IMG/VR virus record: IMGVR_UViG_3300016665_000872
Location: 1-64,000 of that record
From: a virus
DNA: 64,000 nucleotides
Direction: 5' to 3' (one strand)
The notes beneath the pieces are model-generated. The model ran no database searches. It saw nothing but the letters and a program-made list of their open reading frames with translations, and had not been told where the DNA came from. A program made the translations under genes and the position numbers. Position 1 is the stretch's first letter. Every line of letters starts with the position of its first letter. Positions 1-8,285 of the stretch are shown here, piece after piece.

Positions 1-27
1 CGCCGAGCTTGAAGGAGCAGGCCAAGT

Positions 28-486
28 TTGCAGCCGCAGTGCTGCGCTCACCAGATGAAACCTGCTCTATTGCTGAGCTTCAACAACACTGGCACACCAT
101 CTGCAACGCACTGGAGCAACTCAATGACTGACAACAACCACCCGATCACTCCGCCGCCTGAGCTGGTGGAACAGTGGCGCACCGCACCGGAATACGCATC
201 TGCGCTGGAAAAGCTCACGATGGTGACCATGACGGATCGACGCCTTCAGGAAATCGCCAGCCAAGCAGCCCGCTGGGGTGCTGATCAGGAGCTAAACGAG
301 TGCTGCAAATGGCTCCCCAAGTTGCCGCCATGGAGCGCAGATGATCTCCGCAAACATCGCCGCCCCAAGCCGCCGAGTCTCAAGCAGCAGGCGCTGGAGG
401 CACTGCAACGGGCAGAGGAAGGTTGGAGGCCGATTCCCGATGACTGCGACACCATCCGCCGCGCACTCGAATCCCTACCCGATTAG
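28..486 (+). CDS. hypothetical protein
   Basis: ORF-track ORF. The likely true start is ATG 124 (MTDNNHPITPPPELVEQW...). No domain recognised. Confidence 0.5.
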   Translation: MQPQCCAHQMKPALLLSFNNTGTPSATHWSNSMTDNNHPITPPPELVEQWRTAPEYASALEKLTMVTMTDRRLQEIASQAARWGADQELNECCKWLPKLPPWSADDLRKHRRPKPPSLKQQALEALQRAEEGWRPIPDDCDTIRRALESLPD

Positions 487-504
487 TCCGATCAACTACT
501 GCCA

Positions 505-828
505 ATGAATGACCTCACCCCCAACGACCTCAGCCATATGAGCGACGAAGATTTCAACGCCCTATGCCCCCAAGGCCACCACGCACCAGGGGCGGAGCCA
601 TTGAGTCCCGCCGCCCAGGCAGTGCTGGATGCTGTGGATGCTCTATATGAAGAAGATATTCCAGAGGACCGCTGCATAATTGCCGCTGCCCTCCGTGCCG
701 CTGCCGATCAGGTGGTGCCTGAAGAAGCCGAAGCAGTTGGCGACCAGCACGATGAAGCCCGCCAAGACCAGTGGCTGCGCATTCGGTGGAAACTCCTCGC
801 CATCGCTGCCGAGCTGGAGGGGCAATGA
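505..828 (+). CDS. hypothetical acidic protein
   Basis: 107-aa ORF on the same strand as its neighbours. No motif recognised. Confidence 0.55.
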   Translation: MNDLTPNDLSHMSDEDFNALCPQGHHAPGAEPLSPAAQAVLDAVDALYEEDIPEDRCIIAAALRAAADQVVPEEAEAVGDQHDEARQDQWLRIRWKLLAIAAELEGQ

Positions 829-892
829 CCACCGACTTCCGCGCCCGTTGGGGCAACTCCTAATCACCTGCAAATTAGGAGTTGATCAATAG

Positions 893-1231
893 TTGGGTCG
901 GTGGCTGTGGCTCACGCGCCTAACCAGCCTTGCCACTGCCGACCCATCAGCGGCCATATCCATAGGAAATCTATGGAACCAACAACGTACCGCAGTCATT
1001 ACAAGGAGTCAATCATTGCCGCAGCTTGACCCCCACCCATCCCCGATCTGGCGCACGCTGGAAGGGGCAACCGCCTGCCCCTTCACGATTCACCCCCAGG
1101 AAATCGCCGCCCTACTGGAAACCCTTGCCGACATCGTCGAGCAGCGAGGTAATGCCCAGCTCGATCTCGACCCTGGGGAGACCGCTGACTGGCTCCGCTC
1201 CGAGGCTCAGCGCGCTCAGACTGGCGAATGA
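893..1231 (+). CDS. hypothetical protein
   Basis: ORF with a TTG start and a helical acidic C-terminus (IAALLETLADIVEQRG...). The start is uncertain. Confidence 0.45.
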   Translation: MGRWLWLTRLTSLATADPSAAISIGNLWNQQRTAVITRSQSLPQLDPHPSPIWRTLEGATACPFTIHPQEIAALLETLADIVEQRGNAQLDLDPGETADWLRSEAQRAQTGE

Positions 1232-1506
1232 CCATTCAGCGTGCAGGCCTCCTGACAGGTCTTGCAGTCTCCTTGCTCGATCGTCTCTTTCGCCTCCGCC
1301 AGCAGCTCCTGCCAGAACGAATCGGCAAATGCTCTGAATACTTCCTCGCTCTCCAGCGCTTCCCACTGGCTGCCGGGCTCCCAGTCAAAGCTCATGATCA
1401 TCTCCCCTTCGACTTCATAGGTGCTCACGATCAGGCCATCACGTTTGAGCACATCGAGCGGCTCATGCTGGCTGAGATTGATCTGACCCCTAGGGACTAA
1501 TTCCAC
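1216..1506 (-). CDS. hypothetical acidic protein
   Basis: 96-aa ORF (..MSFDWEPGSQWEALESEEVFRAFADSFWQELLAEAKE..). It reads as more protein-like than the codon-aligned antisense + ORF 1228..1500. It is contiguous with the - strand genes at 1592..2073. Confidence 0.45.
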   Translation of the reverse strand: MELVPRGQINLSQHEPLDVLKRDGLIVSTYEVEGEMIMSFDWEPGSQWEALESEEVFRAFADSFWQELLAEAKETIEQGDCKTCQEACTLNGHSPV

Positions 1507-1540
1507 AGCGCTACGATCAAGCTGTTCTCCATCAACCTAA

Positions 1541-1577
1541 GGGCGCTGGTACCGTGATGCCAGCGCCCTTTTCTTTT
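1541..1577 (+). terminator. rho-independent terminator-like hairpin
   Basis: GGGCGCTGG-(10 nt)-CCAGCGCCC followed by TTTTCTTTT. An A-rich tract lies on the other side, so it could act in both directions. Confidence 0.5.
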
Positions 1578-1591
1578 GCTCTCGCAGTGCA

Positions 1592-1852
1592 TTAGCCTTC
1601 GTCACTGCGGCGGCTCAGGGAGATCAGCATCGTCAGCAGCCCCATCATCGTCGCCACCGAGCGGCCATTGATGTCCTCGCAGCCCATGGGCCGCGCATCA
1701 ATCTGCTCAGCTACCTGGGTTCCCTTGTACTTCGCGTACCAGGGCCACACCCTCGGCATCACATAAAACGTGCAGCTCGCCCACTGCGCCAAGGCCAGGG
1801 CCGCCGTCGCTATCGAGACGCCAACCACTGATCGCCATAACCATTTCGGCAT
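1592..1852 (-). CDS. small membrane protein
   Basis: 86 aa with two hydrophobic segments (VVGVSIATAALALAQWA and MMGLLTMLISL). Confidence 0.5.
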   Translation of the reverse strand: MPKWLWRSVVGVSIATAALALAQWASCTFYVMPRVWPWYAKYKGTQVAEQIDARPMGCEDINGRSVATMMGLLTMLISLSRRSDEG

Positions 1853-1854
1853 CG

Positions 1855-2073
1855 CTACTCCCGGTCGTAGTCCCCGTTGCAGTGATCCCCATCCATTGCG
1901 CAGCAGCCATCGAGGTCCGCCTCGATGCGTAGCTCCTGGCCGCCCTTATGCACTTTCAGAATGACCACATCGTGGCGAAAGGCGACATCCACGCGCTCGA
2001 CGCCCTCGTAGCCCAAGAGCACAGAGCGAGCTCGATACGCCGCATCCATCAGCGCCTGGTCAATGCCGTCCAT
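1855..2073 (-). CDS. hypothetical protein
   Basis: 72-aa ORF immediately upstream of 1592..1852 on the - strand. Confidence 0.5.
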   Translation of the reverse strand: MDGIDQALMDAAYRARSVLLGYEGVERVDVAFRHDVVILKVHKGGQELRIEADLDGCCAMDGDHCNGDYDRE

Positions 2074-2173
2074 GCCCGCTGATGTGGGGTCATCTCTACC
2101 CTAAGAACTCCCCACCGGCCTCCATATTCCGCCCTACTTGTGATCCTTAGCTTGAAGGGCCGCGACCTCGGCC

Positions 2174-2386
2174 ATGGAGCGCCGCCGTGCCCAGCTTGTT
2201 CATATCGAGACCCACCAACCCGTTGACCCCGACTGGGCGCCGCTGATCACCCCAGATGAGATCACCGAGGCCAACCGGCTGCTGGTGGCCAACCGGCTGC
2301 AATGGCGCTGGCAGTGGCTTCCCTCTACCATCGCTCTCACCGGGGCAGTCACCCTGCAAGCCCCAGCGAGCCGTGTTGCAATTTAA
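2174..2386 (+). CDS. hypothetical protein
   Basis: 70-aa ORF (..DPDWAPLITPDEITEANRLLVANRL..). Its stop overlaps candidate GTG/TTG starts of the next gene. Confidence 0.4.
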   Translation: MERRRAQLVHIETHQPVDPDWAPLITPDEITEANRLLVANRLQWRWQWLPSTIALTGAVTLQAPASRVAI

Positions 2387-3008
2387 GTCCTCGCTTCTGG
2401 CGATCTGCGGAAGCTTCACTGGCCCCTTTGCGCCCTTCCACGCCGTCCACGTCGAGCCCGCGGCCCAGGGCGGCGTGGTCGTGATCGGCAGCGACGAGGG
2501 CAAGGTCACCGCCGTCGGCTTTGACCCCCGCGGGCGCGCCGATGAGGCCGCCAACCTGCTGCCCACCTCGGACCTGCTGGCGGCCTGCAAGGGCATCAAG
2601 GGCGCCGAGCGCGACATCACCATCCAGGACGCCCACGCCCAGGTGACCACCTACCGCAAGAGCAAGAACGAGACCAAGGAGTTCGCGCTCCTGCGCAGCC
2701 AGGAGCCCTACCCGCCAATCCAGCAGGCCCTCGCCCGCTGCCTTGAGAACTGGGGCGCCACGCCAGAGCTCAGCCGCACCGCCGGGCGCTACTCCATTGC
2801 CTACCTCGATCGGGCCCTCAAGGCCGCCGGGCACCTCAGTGATTCGGTCGTCCTTTCCTCCTTTGATGGCGGCCCGATGCGGCTCCAGGCTGATTCTCTT
2901 GATCTGCTGGTGATGGTGATGCCGCAGACCCGCGAGCCGATCCCGCCGCTGCCCGAATGGGCGATCACCTTCGCTAATGGCGCTTGCCAGGACGGGCAGT
3001 ACCGTTAG
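2256..3008 (+). CDS. DNA polymerase III beta sliding-clamp-like protein (short form)
   Basis: EPYPPIQQAL, YSIAYLDRALKAAG..DSVVLSSFDGGPMRLQ and LLVMVMPQT resemble DnaN domain III (FPDY, fN.rYLlDaL, vvMPmR). The probable start is GTG 2373 rather than ATG 2256. Confidence 0.45.
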   Translation: MRSPRPTGCWWPTGCNGAGSGFPLPSLSPGQSPCKPQRAVLQFKSSLLAICGSFTGPFAPFHAVHVEPAAQGGVVVIGSDEGKVTAVGFDPRGRADEAANLLPTSDLLAACKGIKGAERDITIQDAHAQVTTYRKSKNETKEFALLRSQEPYPPIQQALARCLENWGATPELSRTAGRYSIAYLDRALKAAGHLSDSVVLSSFDGGPMRLQADSLDLLVMVMPQTREPIPPLPEWAITFANGACQDGQYR

Positions 3009-3033
3009 CCTGGCTTGCGCCTGAGTTCATCCT

Positions 3034-3696
3034 GTGAGCACTGCCACCTTCGTTGTGGCCCTGGCCGCCGCTCCCGCCTCCGTTGTCGTTGAAGGCAAGG
3101 AGTTCCTTGAGGTGTACGCAAGTACCCCCACCAAGGAACCTGTCAACTTGCTGATTCGCACGTTGGCCACGGGCAACCCAGCCAAGGGCCTCCACGGCAA
3201 ACAACCCTCTGATCTCCTCATCGTCTCCGGCGACCTCAGCCTTCCCAAGGACCAAGACACCCCGCCCGGTCTCTACGCCCGGGTGATCTGCGATGCCACC
3301 AGCGATCAATACCTCAATGAGGTGACGATCGTCGGACGGCTCGCTGGGGAAGCCCGCGTCACCGAATCCGCCAAGAGTGCCTCGCGCTCCGTGGCGGTCA
3401 ATCGCTACTTCAAGGACCAGGAGGAAACCGACTGGTTCACGGTCCGCGGCTTTGGGGCCTCCATGGAGCGCATCAGCAATGCCCCCAAGGGTTCGCTGGT
3501 GTCGATCTCCGGCTCCCTCGAGCAGCGCACCAACCGCGAAGGCAAGCCCTACACCGAAATCAAGGCCCGCACCTTCCGCGTCCACCAACGCAGCAAGGGC
3601 GGCGCTACGGCCAACCCCGCCGCTGGCACCAGCGCCCAGGGGTACGCCCATGAGGACTTCGCTGGCGACGATGCCATGCCTTTCAACTGGAACTGA
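3034..3696 (+). CDS. ssb: single-stranded DNA-binding protein
   Basis: OB-fold SSB core (NEVTIVGRLAGEARV...WFTVRGFG...GSLVSISGSLEQR). This is followed by a Gly/Ala-rich linker and an acidic tip DFAGDDAMPF. Confidence 0.85.
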   Translation: MSTATFVVALAAAPASVVVEGKEFLEVYASTPTKEPVNLLIRTLATGNPAKGLHGKQPSDLLIVSGDLSLPKDQDTPPGLYARVICDATSDQYLNEVTIVGRLAGEARVTESAKSASRSVAVNRYFKDQEETDWFTVRGFGASMERISNAPKGSLVSISGSLEQRTNREGKPYTEIKARTFRVHQRSKGGATANPAAGTSAQGYAHEDFAGDDAMPFNWN

Positions 3697-3725
3697 CGAC
3701 CACCACAGCAACCACGATCTAAACC

Positions 3726-4439
3726 ATGGGATTCCTTCCTGAGAACTACCTGAGCGCCACCAAGCCCCCAGAAGAGACCACCAGCGACGAACGCCGCCAG
3801 CGCTACTTCGAGCCGAACAAGCTGGCCGACGGCGAATCCACCACCCTGCGGCCCTGCGGCCTCTACAACACCGGCCATGTGATCGCAGGCTGGCAGTACT
3901 TCACGCTGGATTCCAAGATCCGCCGCATGCCCAAGTTCCCCGGACCCTGCCCCGAGGACATCGGCCTCTCCTGGGAGGGCAAGACCAACGGCACCGGCGA
4001 GAAGGCGCGGCCCCAATACTTCCTGGCCTTCACGGCCCTGCGCAAGGAGACCGATGACTTCGTTGTCGTCGTCATGACCCAGAAGAAGGTCCGCGAGCAG
4101 TACGAGGAAATCCTCTCGATGGAGGATTACCAGCCCATGCCCAGCGGCGTGGCCAACTTCTACATGACCCTCAAGCGCAAGGGCGTCAAGACCGACACCA
4201 GCTACACCCTGGTGCCCACGCTCAAGGCCCCCTCCAAGGCCGACGAGAAGCGCTGGAGTGAGACCGCCTCATCGATCTGGCTGCCGGCTCTTTACGTCAA
4301 TGCCGATCCATTTGCCGGGAAACCCGCTGATGCCCTGCCTGAGGGTTTGCCGCCGACCCACCGCGATGAACTCGGCGCGGACCATGAGGTTGCCATCGTT
4401 GACATGGTCGACCCCGAAGTAATCCCCGCCGGCTGGTAA
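3726..4439 (+). CDS. hypothetical protein (possible gp2.5-type ssDNA-binding/annealing protein)
   Basis: 237 aa adjacent to ssb. It has FYMTLKRKGVKTDTSYTLVP and an acidic C-tail ending in an aromatic residue (DMVDPEVIPAGW), reminiscent of T7 gp2.5. The functional call is weak. Confidence 0.55.
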   Translation: MGFLPENYLSATKPPEETTSDERRQRYFEPNKLADGESTTLRPCGLYNTGHVIAGWQYFTLDSKIRRMPKFPGPCPEDIGLSWEGKTNGTGEKARPQYFLAFTALRKETDDFVVVVMTQKKVREQYEEILSMEDYQPMPSGVANFYMTLKRKGVKTDTSYTLVPTLKAPSKADEKRWSETASSIWLPALYVNADPFAGKPADALPEGLPPTHRDELGADHEVAIVDMVDPEVIPAGW

Positions 4440-4565
4440 GTCTGTCCTTGAATGCCGCCTTTGCGTACACGCAGACTTCCTCGATCTGCATGTCCCTATG
4501 CATCGGCGGCATTACTTCTGAGGCTTTCAGTCTGTGACGCGATCTTCAGAATGAACGCTATTTCT

Positions 4566-4865
4566 TTAGCTTTCCTCCGGGGACCGCAATTCCAGGGCAG
4601 CCATGAGACGTTCTGAATGCTCAGGCGTCCATGGCTTCCCCGCCAGATTGCTTGCTGCTTCCTTGGCCAGCCAGCGCATTGCAGCCGGCATCGTGACCAG
4701 GACCTGTTGGCTTAACTGCCGGCACAACTGCCTGAGTTCTTCGGTTCCCGCCTGATCGATCGCCTGCCAGGCCTCTCTCAGACGCAGCTGCTCCCCAACC
4801 GTTGGTTCCATCCCGGAGTCGCCTCCGATTTCCGGGTGAACCATTGCTCCAACCGCGTTGTTCAC
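4566..4865 (-). CDS. hypothetical protein, NblA-like helical pattern
   Basis: 99-aa ORF on the strand opposite its neighbours. GEQLRLREAWQAIDQAGTEELRQLCRQLSQQVLVTMPAAMRWLAKE resembles the NblA helix-loop-helix consensus (pattern level only). Confidence 0.5.
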   Translation of the reverse strand: MNNAVGAMVHPEIGGDSGMEPTVGEQLRLREAWQAIDQAGTEELRQLCRQLSQQVLVTMPAAMRWLAKEAASNLAGKPWTPEHSERLMAALELRSPEES

Positions 4866-4880
4866 TAAAGGCTAACCACG

Positions 4881-5162
4881 ATGACCGCCGCAGCTTCCGA
4901 GTTGTCAGAAAGGATCCACGACTGCCGCTGTCAACTCCTCGGCAACCAGCCACTCTTCCACGGTCTTCACGGCGACATCACGATCCTGACGCCCCAGGAC
5001 CACTGGTCACCGCTGGCCACCTGCCAGGCCCTGGAGCACCTGGTCGGCGAGGGGCTGATCAAGGCTTTTCACCCCGTGCTCACCGCCGCCGCCAATGTCT
5101 TCGTCATCGAATTCCATCCCGAAACCAGAATTGATCCGAGCCTTGCAGTCGGCGCAAACTAA
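4881..5162 (+). CDS. hypothetical protein
   Basis: 93-aa ORF. No motif recognised. Confidence 0.45.
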   Translation: MTAAASELSERIHDCRCQLLGNQPLFHGLHGDITILTPQDHWSPLATCQALEHLVGEGLIKAFHPVLTAAANVFVIEFHPETRIDPSLAVGAN

Positions 5163-5433
5163 GGAAGACGTGCGCTGGCTGCTCTCACGCCATGACATCC
5201 AGGACGTTCAAGCCGCCTGGTCCGCCCTTGAGCCGCTCGAGAGGGCGGCTCTCCTTCTTGTCCGCAATTTCGAGGGGACCATTCACCATGACCTCAAGCC
5301 ATCCGATCTCGGGATCGGAGAACCTGACCCTGCTAGAAACCAGTCGCCTGATGCTCCAGGAGCTCGGCCGGCTCAACAGCATGCTCTCCGTTCTCCTGCA
5401 GCACCAGCAGCAGCAGGGCGCCCAGCTCGCTGA
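5095..5433 (+). CDS. hypothetical protein (extent uncertain)
   Basis: The N-terminal 70 aa look genuine (IPKPELIRALQSAQTKEDVRWLL..). The low-complexity tail overlaps the next gene. An alternative start is TTG 5131. Confidence 0.35.
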   Translation: MSSSSNSIPKPELIRALQSAQTKEDVRWLLSRHDIQDVQAAWSALEPLERAALLLVRNFEGTIHHDLKPSDLGIGEPDPARNQSPDAPGARPAQQHALRSPAAPAAAGRPAR

Positions 5434-5728
5434 TCTGCTCTACCTGGTCAATGGATTCACCAGCGGTGGGGCCAGCTTCTCTGGCTACATCGCCGATCCC
5501 ATGACCCAGGCCTACCTTGCGGTCATTGGCCCCCTGCTCGCCACCAAGCTCTCACCCCAGGAGCAGGAGCTGCCCGAGATCATGAAGGGAGCCACCCTGC
5601 TTGCCAAGCAGCTCATTGAAGAGCTCGCCGCCTACCGCAGCGAACGTGGTGCCCTTGATTACCTGGAAGATCAAACCGAACTGATCAACGATCCCTGGGC
5701 TAATCAAGAGCAACAGCAAGACTCTTGA
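5192..5728 (+). CDS. hypothetical protein
   Basis: The likely start is ATG 5288 (MTSSHPISGSENLTLLE..). It is Q-rich and helical, and a strong terminator follows. Confidence 0.55.
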   Translation: MTSRTFKPPGPPLSRSRGRLSFLSAISRGPFTMTSSHPISGSENLTLLETSRLMLQELGRLNSMLSVLLQHQQQQGAQLADLLYLVNGFTSGGASFSGYIADPMTQAYLAVIGPLLATKLSPQEQELPEIMKGATLLAKQLIEELAAYRSERGALDYLEDQTELINDPWANQEQQQDS

Positions 5729-5744
5729 ATCGGCCCTTTGTTGT

Positions 5745-5776
5745 GCTCTCGTTACATTGTGTAACGAGAGCTTTTC
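5745..5776 (+). terminator. rho-independent terminator
   Basis: Perfect 11-bp stem GCTCTCGTTAC-ATTGT-GTAACGAGAGC followed by TTTT. Confidence 0.7.
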
Positions 5777-6575
5777 AGTGCGGATGCGGCCCACGCGCTT
5801 TGAAATCGACGGGGTCCGCTACTACCGCACCGGTGACAACCCAGACGCCGCCTACCCTTCTGTCACCGCCATCCTCAGCAAGACCTCCAGCGAGGCCGCC
5901 AAGAAAGCTCTCCTGACCTGGGCGCAGAAAAATCCCGGCGGCAAGGAAGCAGCCGCTGCCCGGGGCACTGCCATCCACGCCGCCTGTGAGGCCTACATCC
6001 GCGGACTTCCCGTCAACGTCCCGGATGACTACCTCCCCTTTTGGCGCGGTCTCTCCCGGCATCTTGATAAATACGACGCCTTCCTCTGGAGTGAAAAGCC
6101 CCTGCGGCCCCAGTGGAAGCACTGCACCGGAGAAGACGGCATCTCCCGCCTCTGGTCCCATCAATACAACTACTGCGGCTGCCCGGACCTGATCGGTGTG
6201 CGCAATGGCGTCACCATCCTGGTGGACTTCAAGACCTCCAATGGTCCCTATTGCCGCTGGTACCCCCAAGAGCAAGACCGCTCACTCTTTGGCGGCTGGC
6301 GCAAGTACTACAAGTGCTCACTGCAGCTGGCCGCCTATGCCATCGCCAGCAAGGAGACGCTCAATCTCGACATCGACGCCGCCCAGATCCTTGTCTCCAC
6401 CCCTGAGATCGATCAATCCTTTTTCATCCACGGCGATGACATGGAGCGGGCCCGCACTTCCTGGCTGCAGAAGGTCCGCAAGTACAAGGAGATCTGCGAG
6501 CAGGAAGCAGCCGAGCGCGCCCAGCAGGAGGCCATGGCCGGCGAAGTCCGCGTGCTCCAGCCTGCAATCGCCTGA
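5757..6575 (+). CDS. PD-(D/E)XK (RecB/Cas4-like) exonuclease
   Basis: YPSVTAIL, GTAIHAACE, CPDLIG, ILVDFKTS and QLAAYA match the D..D-x-K..QxxxY nuclease motifs. The likely true start is ATG 5784, after the terminator. Confidence 0.8.
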   Translation: MCNESFSVRMRPTRFEIDGVRYYRTGDNPDAAYPSVTAILSKTSSEAAKKALLTWAQKNPGGKEAAAARGTAIHAACEAYIRGLPVNVPDDYLPFWRGLSRHLDKYDAFLWSEKPLRPQWKHCTGEDGISRLWSHQYNYCGCPDLIGVRNGVTILVDFKTSNGPYCRWYPQEQDRSLFGGWRKYYKCSLQLAAYAIASKETLNLDIDAAQILVSTPEIDQSFFIHGDDMERARTSWLQKVRKYKEICEQEAAERAQQEAMAGEVRVLQPAIA

Positions 6576-6617
6576 TCCGCCGCATAAAGAACAAGGGCCA
6601 CGCCAGTAGCGCAGCCC

Positions 6618-7493
6618 TTGAGCGACCCAACCAGGAAGCGGGCGTCTCGACCGCCGCCGCAAACCTATCACGCAGACCGCACGCCCAGGCTTACAGTGTG
6701 TGACCCTCTGCGCGCACGCATGGACGCCGATTTCCCCCTGGTTTCCCGCAGCTGGAACGGGACACCCATCAGCCGCCGCCCCGCCGACGGTTATGTCAAC
6801 GCCACGGCCATGTGCAAGGCCAACGGCAGGCGGTGGTCCGACTTTCGGGAGTCCGACCGTTGCAATGAGTACCTGGAGGCGCTGGAGACCAAAACCGGAA
6901 TTTCCGTTTTTGCCCTCGTCCAGTCCAGGCGCGGCGGTCTTGACTCCGGTACCTGGGTCCACCCGGACGTCGCCACTGAACTTGCCCGCTGGATCAGCGC
7001 CGAGTTTTCGGTCTTCGTGAACCAGTGGTTTCGCGAGGAGTTTGAACGCCGCGCCCAGCATCCCGCTGCAACTGAACCCCAACCCGTCGCGCTGCTTGAC
7101 CCCCGCGAACAGCTCGACATGATCGACCGCGGCTTCACCATGCTCGAGCGCTTCGGAGTGGTGGACGACCGGGACCGGCTGCAGTTCGGCGACATGGTGC
7201 GCAACGCCACGGCCCGCGCCGTGGGAGGCCAGCTTCTGGCACCCGCCCTTGAGGAGCTCACGATCTCAGATGCCTGGCTCAAGGTCACCGGTGAACACCT
7301 GCCCCGCAAGCTCATGAAGAAGGTCGGCATGGCCGTCGCCAGGATGTACCGCGAGGAGTTCCAGGCCGATCCCCCAAAGCGCGTTCAGTATGTCGACGGC
7401 GCACCCCGCAAGGTCAACAGTTACCAGGCCGGCTGGCTGCTCAATGCCGTCCGGGTCACCTGGGAGGACATGCGCCAGAAGGAGGCCGCCTGA
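6618..7493 (+). CDS. KilA-N domain DNA-binding protein
   Basis: GTPISRRPADGYVNATAMCKANGRRWSDFRESDRCNEYLEAL..WVHPDVATELARWIS matches the KilA-N pattern. The likely start is ATG 6721. Confidence 0.75.
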   Translation: MSDPTRKRASRPPPQTYHADRTPRLTVCDPLRARMDADFPLVSRSWNGTPISRRPADGYVNATAMCKANGRRWSDFRESDRCNEYLEALETKTGISVFALVQSRRGGLDSGTWVHPDVATELARWISAEFSVFVNQWFREEFERRAQHPAATEPQPVALLDPREQLDMIDRGFTMLERFGVVDDRDRLQFGDMVRNATARAVGGQLLAPALEELTISDAWLKVTGEHLPRKLMKKVGMAVARMYREEFQADPPKRVQYVDGAPRKVNSYQAGWLLNAVRVTWEDMRQKEAA

Positions 7494-7496
7494 TCC

Positions 7497-7703
7497 ATGA
7501 CCACCGCCACAACCCCCGACCCCAACGGCCACGAGACCTTGACCGCGGCTGATGCCTGGTTTCTGATGACCGGCCAGGCGCCTACTCCCGAGGAGGAGTA
7601 CATGCTCGACGCCATTTTGCACAAGATGTACGTCAAGGACTTCGGCGAGGAGCCGCCCGAGAAGTGGATCCTGCCCGACGCACCCGAGCCCGAGGGGGAC
7701 TGA
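7497..7703 (+). CDS. hypothetical protein
   Basis: 68-aa acidic ORF, 4 nt after the preceding stop. Confidence 0.55.
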   Translation: MTTATTPDPNGHETLTAADAWFLMTGQAPTPEEEYMLDAILHKMYVKDFGEEPPEKWILPDAPEPEGD

Positions 7704-7877
7704 ACCCAAGCATCGGAATCCCGATAATTGCTGGCCCTCGTAACGGGATTCTCCGTTGCGGGGGCCTTATTGCGAACGGGTCGCTACTGAAGGTTTACCA
7801 GAAGAACAGACCGCCTGCCTCGCTGATTCCCAGATCCTATCCCTCCTTCGTGGATCACCTTGTTCGCAGCCACCCCG

Positions 7878-7904
7878 AAGTAGTCCGGAAAACGGACTAC
7901 TTCT
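7878..7904 (-). terminator. stem-loop downstream of 7907..8113
   Basis: Perfect 11-bp hairpin GAAGTAGTCCG-GAAAA-CGGACTACTTC, 3 nt after the - strand stop. There is no U-tract. Confidence 0.4.
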
Positions 7905-7906
7905 GC

Positions 7907-8113
7907 TCACTTCCCGGTTCCGCAAATCTCCTCCGCCTTGATCCAATCCTTGAGCTCGCACACATAGCGCCTTAACTCGTGTGCTTTGCGCGCATGCCAG
8001 CCATGGCGAGTCTTGCGATAAAGATCCTCATGCCGATCGATCGCCTCCAGCGCATGCTTGATCAGTGGATTCCACGGTTCACGCACTGGTGTATCCCACT
8101 CCCGCTTGGACAC
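7907..8113 (-). CDS. hypothetical protein
   Basis: 68-aa basic ORF, last gene of the - strand operon 10161->7907. Confidence 0.5.
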   Translation of the reverse strand: MSKREWDTPVREPWNPLIKHALEAIDRHEDLYRKTRHGWHARKAHELRRYVCELKDWIKAEEICGTGK

Positions 8114-8156
8114 GACTGCCCTCGATCACTCTTGCCGTTAGACCCAGCACCCAGCC

Positions 8157-8285
8157 CTAGCGATCCCTTTCTTTCACGGGAACGCAATTGGGTACTCGCT
8201 TGCCATCCTTCATCTTGAAGCCAATAGCCTCGTAACCCTTCCAGCAAGCATCAGCCAGCTTCTCGCCTGCCTTCCGTATGGCCAT
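8157..8285 (-). CDS. small Cys-containing protein (42 aa)
   Basis: Below the ORF-track size cutoff: MAIRKAGEKLADACWKGYEAIGFKMKDGKRVPNCVPVKERDR. Its ATG overlaps the TGA of the upstream gene (ATGA). Confidence 0.4.
   Translation of the reverse strand: MAIRKAGEKLADACWKGYEAIGFKMKDGKRVPNCVPVKERDR

Noticed and set aside
1228-1500. 90-aa + strand ORF that would sit neatly upstream of the terminator at 1541-1577
   Set aside because: It is codon-aligned antisense to 1216..1506 and its Leu/Arg-rich translation looks like the mirror of an acidic protein. The rejection is not decisive, because third-position GC is similar in both frames.
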